A stretch of DNA of 28,196 nucleotides from Kiloniellaceae bacterium (GTDB lineage Bacteria; Pseudomonadota; Alphaproteobacteria; Kiloniellales; Kiloniellaceae): the NCBI GenBank assembly GCA_041552375.1, contig JBFELD010000001.1, forward strand, positions 1 to 28,196, in the 5' to 3' direction. A model generated the notes under the pieces. The model worked only from the letters and a program-made list of their open reading frames with translations, ran no database searches and was not told the DNA's origin. The translations under genes and the position numbers were made by a program. Shown piece by piece: positions 1-7,078 of the stretch (within the stretch, counting starts at the first letter, position 1; each line of letters opens with the position of its first letter).

Positions 1-198
1 GGCATAGCCGTTGACCCGGACCTCTGTGCCCGGCCGCACGCCGCTGACGTCCTCCATGAAAATGAAATAGCTCGCCCGCTGTCCGGGCTTAACCACCTGC
101 AGATAAAGCCAACCGGTCAAGATCGCCGCGCCGAGCAGTAGGAACAGGCCCGAGAGGACGGCGATGCCACGACTGCTCCCGAGGGTGGTCAACCTCAT
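1..198 (-). CDS. mlaD: MlaD/MCE-family periplasmic subunit, N-terminal part (runs off the window start)
   Basis: Not in the ORF track. Manual translation from ATG at 198: MRLTTLGSSRGIAVLSGLFLLLGAAILTGWLYLQVVKPGQRASYFIFMEDVSGVRPGTEVRVNGYA, i.e. a single TM helix plus the MCE F-x-DVSG-x3-G-x2-V-x2-NG start motif. ATGA overlap with the mlaF stop; AGGGGG RBS upstream. Confidence 0.85.
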   Translation of the reverse strand, partial: MRLTTLGSSRGIAVLSGLFLLLGAAILTGWLYLQVVKPGQRASYFIFMEDVSGVRPGTEVRVNGYA

Positions 199-998
199 GG
201 CGATCCCCCTTCACTGACTTGGTCGGGCCCGTCCCGCTCGGCGCCGCGGCCGAACTGACGCATCGCCTCGAAATGCGAGAGAAAGACATCCTCGATGACC
301 GGGTCGTTCATGGTCTCGATCTCGACCGGCGTGCCGGTCGCGATGATCTTGCCGGCGTTCAAGATGGCCATCCGATCCGCCACACGAAAGCAGAGCTCCG
401 GCAAGGGTGTGCAGAAGACGATGGTCAGGCCGACACTTTGCCTGAGCTCTTCGAGGAACTCGACCAGGTCCTCACGCGTGCGCCAATCCAATCCGGCCAG
501 CACATCGTCGCAAATGAGAATTTCCGGATGCAATGCCAAGGCGCGGGCCAAACCGACCCGTTGGACCTCGCCGCGCGACAGCGATTTCGGCATCAGCCGC
601 GCCACGTTGCGAAGCCGCATTCGGCGCAGCAACGACATCGCCCGCTCTTCAGCCTCCTCGTCGTTTTGGCCACCGATCTCGAGCAGGGGCAGTTTGATAT
701 TCTCCAAAACGGATAGCGACTTGAGCAGGGCGCCCCCGTGGAGAGCCGTGCCGATCCGTCGCTGGACTTGCGTCCATTGGCGGCCGGCGAGCGTATGGAT
801 GTTCTGGCCGAACAGTCGGACCGTGCCGCTGGTCGGCGTAAGCAGACCGGTAATGGCGCTGAACAGCAGGGACTTGCCGCAGCCACTGCCGCCGAAAACG
901 GTGAAGACCTCTCCGGCGGAGACGGCAAAGCTTATGTCCTTCAGCGCGAAATGATCGCCGAAAGCAACAGAGAGATTTTCGACCTCGAGGATCGCCAT
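195..998 (-). CDS. mlaF: MlaF-like ABC ATP-binding subunit with degenerate catalytic motifs
   Basis: Walker A GGSGCGKS, signature-like LSRGEVQRVGLARAL, Walker B-like ILICDD, C-terminal GKIIATGTPVEI; lies between mlaE-like and mlaD-like genes. Confidence 0.85.
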   Translation of the reverse strand: MAILEVENLSVAFGDHFALKDISFAVSAGEVFTVFGGSGCGKSLLFSAITGLLTPTSGTVRLFGQNIHTLAGRQWTQVQRRIGTALHGGALLKSLSVLENIKLPLLEIGGQNDEEAEERAMSLLRRMRLRNVARLMPKSLSRGEVQRVGLARALALHPEILICDDVLAGLDWRTREDLVEFLEELRQSVGLTIVFCTPLPELCFRVADRMAILNAGKIIATGTPVEIETMNDPVIEDVFLSHFEAMRQFGRGAERDGPDQVSEGGSP

Positions 999-1011
999 GT
1001 CCGGCCTCGCC

Positions 1012-1812
1012 CTATTCCGGTCCCAGGATCGATATCAACGCGTTGAGAAGCAAGACGACCACGATGCTGACCACAACCGCGAAGGTCGTCGTGCCGCCGA
1101 TCGAGCCGCCCCGCTCGACGACGCTGAGACCGCTGCGCGCGGAGATGCCGAGCACGAGCAAGCCAAATATGACGCTTTTGATTGCGTTGATCATCAAATC
1201 CGTGCCGGTAATCCCCTCGACCGCCAAGTCGATCACGAAGATCGGCGCGATGCCTTTGGAAAAGAACAAATAAAGTGCGAGGGTCAGAATCTGGGCCGCG
1301 GTCATGATCAGGGACAGCACCGGCGTGGCCACAGCCATCGCCAGCAAAGCCGGGGCGACGACGAAGCGTAAAGGGTCGATGCCCATGGACCGCAACGCCA
1401 TCACCTCCCGGTCGAAAACCATCGTGCTGATCTCCGAGGTGATTGCGCCCCCGGCGCGGGCGGCCATCAGGATTCCGACAAATGCCGGCGCCTGATCGCG
1501 AACCGTGAAGTTCCCGACGAAACGCAGGATGGGCGGCAGGTAATCAATCGACTTCTGGAACAGCGTCACCTGGAGGCCGATGACCAAACCGAACGAGAGG
1601 GCGAAGAGCACCGTCACCGGCAAGCTCTTCAACCCCAACTCGACCATGTGCAAAGCGATCGTCGATAGGCGTATCGGACGTCCGAGAAAGGGCCCACCGA
1701 CAATCCAGGCCAGGCAGGTGCCGATCAAACGCACCACCCCATAGCTGGTCCCAACCCAATAGTGGAACCAGTTGCCAACGTTCTCGAGCACACGCAGGCC
1801 AGCCGCGATCAC
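1012..1812 (-). CDS. mlaE: MlaE-family ABC permease (divergent)
   Basis: Multi-TM protein with recognisable MlaE segments (AARAGGAITSEISTM, ALRSMGIDPLRFVVAP, KSVIFG, GGTTTFAVVVS). GTG start, with an in-frame stop just upstream at 1840-1842. Confidence 0.85.
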   Translation of the reverse strand: MIAAGLRVLENVGNWFHYWVGTSYGVVRLIGTCLAWIVGGPFLGRPIRLSTIALHMVELGLKSLPVTVLFALSFGLVIGLQVTLFQKSIDYLPPILRFVGNFTVRDQAPAFVGILMAARAGGAITSEISTMVFDREVMALRSMGIDPLRFVVAPALLAMAVATPVLSLIMTAAQILTLALYLFFSKGIAPIFVIDLAVEGITGTDLMINAIKSVIFGLLVLGISARSGLSVVERGGSIGGTTTFAVVVSIVVVLLLNALISILGPE

Positions 1813-1949
1813 CCCACGCCCCCACGGGATTATTATCGTTCATCATCCCAGGCGATCGCCCTGCCTGGGCAAGCCCGAACCTTATCACAACATAAGATAG
1901 CATAGGCAATAGGGACGAGATCGAATCGGGGCTTCGTGCGCGATGCCAC

Positions 1950-2273
1950 TCACACCAGCCGCCACCCCTTTCTCGTCTCGCGAAACTCGCAACGTCGTTG
2001 AACGTAGCTGGAGTTCGCCGGCTCACCCTTTGCATCGTCGCCCCACATCCAAACGATCACGGTGATGCTCGCGCGCTGGTCACCACGCCAGAAGTGGTAG
2101 TCGCTGCGGCTCCGGGCCTCGTCGTGTTGCAGGATCAACGTGTCGTTGTTGGAAAAGCGACGATTGTGTGAGGCACAGAGATCATAGAAATCGGCTTCGT
2201 CGGTCGTGCCAGGAACACAGGCCGAGAGAATAAATGGGGCAATTAAGACAACAATTATAGATAGATATCTCAT
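1950..2273 (-). CDS. hypothetical lipoprotein
   Basis: 107 aa; basic N-terminus, hydrophobic stretch and lipobox LSAC; no family recognised. Confidence 0.65.
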   Translation of the reverse strand: MRYLSIIVVLIAPFILSACVPGTTDEADFYDLCASHNRRFSNNDTLILQHDEARSRSDYHFWRGDQRASITVIVWMWGDDAKGEPANSSYVQRRCEFRETRKGWRLV

Positions 2274-2343
2274 TTTAGTAATGTTAAAATCTAGCTTCTG
2301 TCACCGATACAAAGCTCCACTTGAGTTTTCCCGAGGCCATGCG

Positions 2344-2820
2344 TCAGACGCGCACACCTCTCAAAACGTTCATGACCGCGGTGTGACAGGCGTCGTCCGG
2401 CACGATTTTCTCGCCGGCCTCGTAATAGCCCTCATCCCAGGTCACGACCCTCTCACAATAGGAGGGATGTGTTAGAATTTCGCTTACGGCGGCCTCGACG
2501 GCCTCGGCCGACAATTCGGCGGGGCGACGATCGAAATCACGCTCCCATACCGCCTCGATATAGTGAAGACAATCGACGAGGATCGTCGCCTGCTTGTCGC
2601 TCAGCACCGCCCAGTCCAAGGCCGGCAGCGCCGACTTTCGCAACCGGGCGAGCTGCTCTCGTGTTGCGGAGCCTGGCGTTCCGACCTTTGGGAGCTGGGT
2701 TTGAAGTTGGGGCAGCGTCCTCGCTTTAGGTTCTTCCCGGCGCCTCACGAAAGAGCGCACCGCCAGCCTGGCCACGAGAACCGCGGCCACGAGCAACACC
2801 AGACCAGCGAGAAGTTCCAT
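2344..2820 (-). CDS. hypothetical protein with N-terminal membrane anchor
   Basis: 158 aa; hydrophobic residues 3-21 followed by RSFVRRR and a soluble region; no family recognised. Confidence 0.6.
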   Translation of the reverse strand: MELLAGLVLLVAAVLVARLAVRSFVRRREEPKARTLPQLQTQLPKVGTPGSATREQLARLRKSALPALDWAVLSDKQATILVDCLHYIEAVWERDFDRRPAELSAEAVEAAVSEILTHPSYCERVVTWDEGYYEAGEKIVPDDACHTAVMNVLRGVRV

Positions 2821-3008
2821 GACTTACCGTCCCGATTCCAGATACGAGCCCCCTGGAGTTCGGTACTGCCAACATATTACGCTATTGGAGGCGAAGGGTT
2901 AAGGGTCTTTCAACCCGGTGGCCGACCGTGGGGTTAGCCTTATCGTAACGCCCGGACGCTAACTTGGGTGCGATCACGCCACCATTGGTCGAGGTATCCG
3001 TGGGCTCT

Positions 3009-3383
3009 ATGACAAAACGGCCGGCAAGCCTCATCGCCGGCGGTCTCGCCGCTTTCGCCATCTTGTGGCTTTGGGCATGGACCCCGACCGAAACCGCGGG
3101 CCAGGACAGCGATATCCGCGCCGACGACTTCCTAAGGGATTGCGACAGCATGAAGGCGGCGTCCTTTCTCTATTGCGTCGCCTATCTGGAAGGGATCAGC
3201 GATGCCGTCCAGGGAATGAAGAAAGCCGGGTTCGACGTTGGGATCTGCTTTCCGGAGGATATCACGGTCGGTGACAGCGTCTTCGCGGTGCGCGAGTGGA
3301 TCAGAGAGAACCCCGACTATCATCGTCTGAGGCCGGTGCAGGCCGTACTTCCCGCCCTTTCACAAACCTACCCTTGCGGCTAG
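3009..3383 (+). CDS. Rap1a/Tai4a-like immunity-family exported protein
   Basis: Signal/TM N-terminus, four Cys and the pattern C-x-AYLEGISD...ICFP...REWIRENP...ALSQTYPC typical of the Rap1a family. ATG 3009 is preferred over the TTG at 2964. Confidence 0.75.
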   Translation: MTKRPASLIAGGLAAFAILWLWAWTPTETAGQDSDIRADDFLRDCDSMKAASFLYCVAYLEGISDAVQGMKKAGFDVGICFPEDITVGDSVFAVREWIRENPDYHRLRPVQAVLPALSQTYPCG

Positions 3384-3396
3384 CGCCCTTGTCGAC

Positions 3397-3441
3397 TTAG
3401 AAGTTCGCATCATTTGCGACAAGTGCCGGACGAACTTCTGA
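3397..3441. other. extended intergenic hairpin (possible terminator or structured RNA)
   Basis: Perfect 9-bp inverted repeat AGAAGTTCG (3399-3407)/CGAACTTCT (3431-3439) enclosing a second stem CATTTG/CAAGTG. Confidence 0.35.
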
Positions 3442-3540
3442 ATCGAGACACTAGCCGGACGATCCCGCCTGGCCATCGGCGCGGTCCGGGTCTAGGTTAG
3501 CCGTGTCATTCGCCGGATCATCAACTCCCTCTGAAGGGCC

Positions 3541-3870
3541 ATGAAGAGTCCAGCTTTCAGCCTCTGTATCTTCCTCGCCGTCGCGACGCCGGCACAGAGC
3601 GCTCAATATGAAGCCATCTGGTCGCAACCTGTAAGCGAGCAAGAGCGGCTACTCTCGGAAGTTCTGGTCAAGACCGGCCACGACTGCCCGGCGGTCACGG
3701 AGATCCTGTTCGCCGGCGTCGACGAGGACGACGCGGGCTATTGGTCGGTGCGCTGCTCGAACGGCCGTGATTGGATGGTTCAAGTCCTCGACGACGAGAG
3801 CGGCACGATCACGGTGACCTCCTGCGAGGTGATCCGTCAACACGACGGCGATTGCTGGGCGAGCGATTAG
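3541..3870 (+). CDS. hypothetical secreted protein, 4 Cys in the mature part
   Basis: 109 aa; signal peptide (..ATPAQS|A); C-PAVTEI..G...YWSVRCSNG..WMVQV...C....C pattern. Confidence 0.7.
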   Translation: MKSPAFSLCIFLAVATPAQSAQYEAIWSQPVSEQERLLSEVLVKTGHDCPAVTEILFAGVDEDDAGYWSVRCSNGRDWMVQVLDDESGTITVTSCEVIRQHDGDCWASD

Positions 3871-3888
3871 CCGCGGCAACGCTGACAG

Positions 3889-4248
3889 CTAAAGGGGGTC
3901 GCCGCGGTCGAACAGGATGCGATCGTCGACGGCGAGCTTTTCCAGACGCCAGCACTCGTCTAGCACCATCTCGTCGCAAACCAATCTGACGGCAACAACG
4001 AAGACATGGTGGCGAAGCTTGCCGGTCAGCGAGCCGCTGATGGCCTCACCGACCACCGCCCAATAGCGATACCCCGGTTGCGGATGCACCACGCTCGGCC
4101 CGAAGCTCGCATTGGCGAAGATATCGACCTCGCGGACCAGGTGGAGGAGCGCCATCTCCACGATCAGCCGCTCGGAGGGCTCTGCGGCGGCGCTCGCCGG
4201 CGGGGCCGCGAGTAGGAGGAACAGCGACAATAAGAGAGCAGGCCGCAT
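3889..4248 (-). CDS. hypothetical secreted protein
   Basis: 119 aa; signal peptide MRPALLLSLFLLLAAPPASA; one Cys pair (C-x7-C). Confidence 0.65.
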   Translation of the reverse strand: MRPALLLSLFLLLAAPPASAAAEPSERLIVEMALLHLVREVDIFANASFGPSVVHPQPGYRYWAVVGEAISGSLTGKLRHHVFVVAVRLVCDEMVLDECWRLEKLAVDDRILFDRGDPL

Positions 4249-4414
4249 CCGTCATCATCGACCGGCGACCCGATCCCGTCAAAACCTATAGAACGACCGT
4301 GATGGCGCTGGACGCAGCGCCGGACAAATGACACCTTTCGACCTTGTGATCCCTGTTCCGTCCTCGACCGCCCAAGGACATCGAACTCATCGACCCGTCG
4401 ACGGTTTCGGCCTC

Positions 4415-5218
4415 ATGACCCTGCTTTCCCGCGCGAGAAGCCTCTCTTACCGGTCAAGACTCGCGGTGATCGTCGCGCTCACGGTTCTGGTGGTCGCGGT
4501 AGCCATCGTAATGCCGCCCATCCCGCAAGATCGAGCCTATCACTTGTTCGCCGACACGCGGGCCTTTTGGGGGATTGCCAACTTCAATGATGTGATCTCC
4601 AACCTCCCGTTTCTCGCGGTCGGTGTTTGGGGTCTGGTGTTTATCGGAAGAGGCCCCGCCGGCAACGTAGGCCTTCGTGGTGCTCTCGGGGCGCCCTTCG
4701 GGCTCTATTTCATCGGGGTCGCGTTGGTCGCCGGCGGGTCGGCTTACTATCACCTCGATCCCACGAACCAGACATTGTTCTGGGACCGGCTGCCCATGAC
4801 CATCGCCTTCATGGCGCTGTTCTCGGCCGTCATCCTCGACCGAGTTGACGAGCGATGGGGGCTGAGGTTGTTGCCTGTGTTGATCACCATCGGCATCGCC
4901 AGCGTCGTCCACTGGTCCTTGACGGAGGCCGCGGGTAGAGGCGATCTGCGCCCCTACGCCGTCGTGCAGTTCTTTCCCATGCTGGCAATACCGCTGATCT
5001 GCATCTTGTTTTCGCCGCGCCGTCTGGATGCACGATACGTGGTCGCCATGGGTTGCCTTTATGGTTTGGCCAAGGTCTTCGAGCATTTCGACCATGCCTT
5101 GTTCGACCTTTTGGGCGGCACCGTCAGCGGGCATAGCCTGAAGCATCTCGCGGCCGCCGCGGCGGCTTACATGGCCTTGCCGATGTTGAAAAATCCTGTC
5201 CGGCAGGCCCGCATATAG
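4415..5218 (+). CDS. CREST-superfamily membrane hydrolase (alkaline phytoceramidase-like)
   Basis: PIPQDxAYHxFADxR...N..DVxSNLPF N-terminus; metal-ligand motifs GSAYYH, WDRLPM, SGHSLKH; about 7 TM helices. Start 4415 is preferred over 4328. Confidence 0.85.
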   Translation: MTLLSRARSLSYRSRLAVIVALTVLVVAVAIVMPPIPQDRAYHLFADTRAFWGIANFNDVISNLPFLAVGVWGLVFIGRGPAGNVGLRGALGAPFGLYFIGVALVAGGSAYYHLDPTNQTLFWDRLPMTIAFMALFSAVILDRVDERWGLRLLPVLITIGIASVVHWSLTEAAGRGDLRPYAVVQFFPMLAIPLICILFSPRRLDARYVVAMGCLYGLAKVFEHFDHALFDLLGGTVSGHSLKHLAAAAAAYMALPMLKNPVRQARI

Positions 5219-5371
5219 CACCCGCCCATCGTCTTTGCGCCACGGTGAACCGGGTCTTGAGGCGACGGCTGCCACGGCGTTGACGATAACAATTTATGAT
5301 TGAGGACAACGCTCCAAGCAGGCAAGAATACCGCCAGGCAACGATTTCAAGCTCTGGGGAGGGTTATTTTT

Positions 5372-5626
5372 ATGAAGGCGGCAAAAGCGATTTTCCCTGC
5401 GCTCGTCCTTGCATCGTCGATGTTGGTATTGGGTGCTTGCGGCGGCGGTAGCAAAGAAGAGCCCGCGACCACACAGCCAGCGCCTGAGTCTACGGACGCG
5501 GCGGCCACGCCGGCGGCAGGCGGGACGACCGAGCAAATGTTGCAATCGATGCAGACCCAAATCAACAATCTGCAGTCGCAGGTGAACAACCTGCAGCAAC
5601 AGATCCTGCAAATGCAGTCGCAATAG
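5372..5626 (+). CDS. small lipoprotein with Gln/Asn-rich heptad coiled-coil C-terminus
   Basis: GGGGAGGG RBS before ATG 5372; lipobox LGAC; Ala/Pro/Thr-rich linker; heptads LQSMQTQ-INNLQSQ-VNNLQQQ-ILQMQSQ. Confidence 0.75.
   Translation: MKAAKAIFPALVLASSMLVLGACGGGSKEEPATTQPAPESTDAAATPAAGGTTEQMLQSMQTQINNLQSQVNNLQQQILQMQSQ
5540..5623 (+). repeat. four imperfect 21-bp in-frame tandem repeats encoding heptads
   Basis: ttgcaatcgatgcagacccaa / atcaacaatctgcagtcgcag / gtgaacaacctgcagcaacag / atcctgcaaatgcagtcgcaa, followed directly by TAG. Confidence 0.7.
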
Positions 5627-5652
5627 CCGGCCCCAAGACCCGCCGAGGCCTC

Positions 5653-6036
5653 TTACTCTTTGCCTTGTTCCAGGTGCGCCAGCTTGGCGGTCGCGACGCG
5701 CAGCCGCTCGAACAGTATTCTCAAGAGGTCGATGGCTTCTGCGGGATGCTTGAGCAGCATATCCATGAAGGCGTCCGGCGTCACCGGCATGCAAACCACC
5801 GAGCCCTCCGCGACGGCGCTCGCCGAGCGGGGCTGGTCATCGATGGCGCCCATCTCCCCGACGTATTCACCGGCGCGCACGGTGGCGATCGTCTTGGAGG
5901 CGTCGCTCTCCAATCCTTTGACGATCCGCACCTCTCCGGAGATGATCAGGTAGGCGGCATCGCTCGGCTCACCCTCCCGGAAGATCACGTCTCCCGACCT
6001 ATAGGTTTGCCAACTCATGTCATCTTGGTCTTGCAT
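5653..6036 (-). CDS. stand-alone cyclic nucleotide-binding domain protein
   Basis: YRSGDVIFREGEPSDAAYLIISGEV and phosphate-binding cassette GEYVGEMGAIDDQPRSASA; ends after the C-helix, with no HTH. Alternative start at 6018. Confidence 0.85.
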   Translation of the reverse strand: MQDQDDMSWQTYRSGDVIFREGEPSDAAYLIISGEVRIVKGLESDASKTIATVRAGEYVGEMGAIDDQPRSASAVAEGSVVCMPVTPDAFMDMLLKHPAEAIDLLRILFERLRVATAKLAHLEQGKE

Positions 6037-6097
6037 GCGAGCAGACTATTCGGGTTTGTGTCCCCTGTCACCCTCCGGATAAGGGGCTCCTCTCCTA

Positions 6098-6988
6098 TCA
6101 ATCCAGTCCGAAGAGTTCGAAAATCAACGCGCAGGCGGGGGTATCTCTGAACTCCGGTGAGATCAGGAGGTAGTAGCCGCGCGTGGTGACCAACAGCGTG
6201 TCATGAAGAGGGCTCAGGACCTCGCTTTCGATCAAGTCGCCGATCATCCCGTCCCAGCCCAAGGCAACGCCGTTTCCCTGCAAGGCTTGATGTATCGCCA
6301 CGCCGTGATTGGTCACGACGATGCTACGGTCCAGGTCCCCGGCTTGCGGTGCGAAGCGGGTTCGCCAATCCGACCAGTTACACCAGCGGCCTTCAGGGTC
6401 CTCGAGATGGATCAAGGGCCCGGCCTCGAGGAGTTTCCGCGCGCTGGTGCCGGCCAGGTCCGCTGCCAGTTTTGGCGCGGCGACGGGAAGAACCCTCTCA
6501 GTCATCAACAAATGGCTCTCGAACCCGGACCAGCCGCCGTCACCGAAGAGAATGGCGCAATCGACCTCCTCGAGCGGAATATGCGCGTCAAGCTCGGCCG
6601 TGGTTACGCGAACCACCGTCTGTGGCGCGCGCTTTCTTAGCGTCGCGAGACGCGGGAGAACCCAAAAGCTCGCGATGCCCGGATAGGTCGCAAGTGTGAC
6701 ACTATCGTTTTGGTTTTGCCGTCTGAGCCGCGTGCTTGCCCGCTCGACGTCGCCCAGCGCCGCGGAGATCGTCCGGTAGTAGTCGTGCGCCGGTTCCGTG
6801 GGCACCATCGCCGTGCCTCGCTTGACGAACAACTTGACGCCGAGATCGGTCTCCAGAAGGCGTATCTGATGGCTGATCGCCGGCTGATGCACGTTCAGCT
6901 CGGCCGCGGCGCGGGTATAGCTGCCGAGGCGATAGCAGGCCTCGAACACGCGCACCGCTTTCAGGGATGGGAGACCACTCGTCATCAC
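6098..6988 (-). CDS. LysR-family transcriptional regulator (GcvA-like)
   Basis: LPSLKAVRVFEA..RLGSYTRAAAELNVHQPAISHQIRLLETDLGVKLF HTH; FWVLPRL; A..G.GVAL; divergent from the dmdA operon. Confidence 0.93.
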   Translation of the reverse strand: MMTSGLPSLKAVRVFEACYRLGSYTRAAAELNVHQPAISHQIRLLETDLGVKLFVKRGTAMVPTEPAHDYYRTISAALGDVERASTRLRRQNQNDSVTLATYPGIASFWVLPRLATLRKRAPQTVVRVTTAELDAHIPLEEVDCAILFGDGGWSGFESHLLMTERVLPVAAPKLAADLAGTSARKLLEAGPLIHLEDPEGRWCNWSDWRTRFAPQAGDLDRSIVVTNHGVAIHQALQGNGVALGWDGMIGDLIESEVLSPLHDTLLVTTRGYYLLISPEFRDTPACALIFELFGLD

Positions 6989-7004
6989 ATCAATTAAATC
7001 AATG
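6988..7004. promoter_or_regulatory. candidate LysR recognition box (T-N11-A with dyad symmetry)
   Basis: CATCAATTAAATCAATG = CAT-N11-ATG, imperfect palindrome abutting the LysR start in an AT-rich divergent intergenic region. Confidence 0.5.
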
Positions 7005-7062
7005 TTGCTATGAATTTTATCCCTATTTCGCGCGCCTGGAAAGCGTATTTAAATAAATCAAT

Positions 7063-7078
7063 TTGATGTGATCATCAA
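7063..7078. promoter_or_regulatory. palindromic candidate operator at the 5' end of the dmd operon
   Basis: TTGATG-tgat-CATCAA (6-4-6 perfect arms). Confidence 0.4.

Noticed and set aside
5280-5300. Sigma70 promoter TTGACG...TATGAT
   Set aside because: The spacer is only 9 nt.
7063-7078. FNR box
   Set aside because: TTGAT and ATCAA are separated by 6 nt rather than the required 4; kept only as a generic palindrome.
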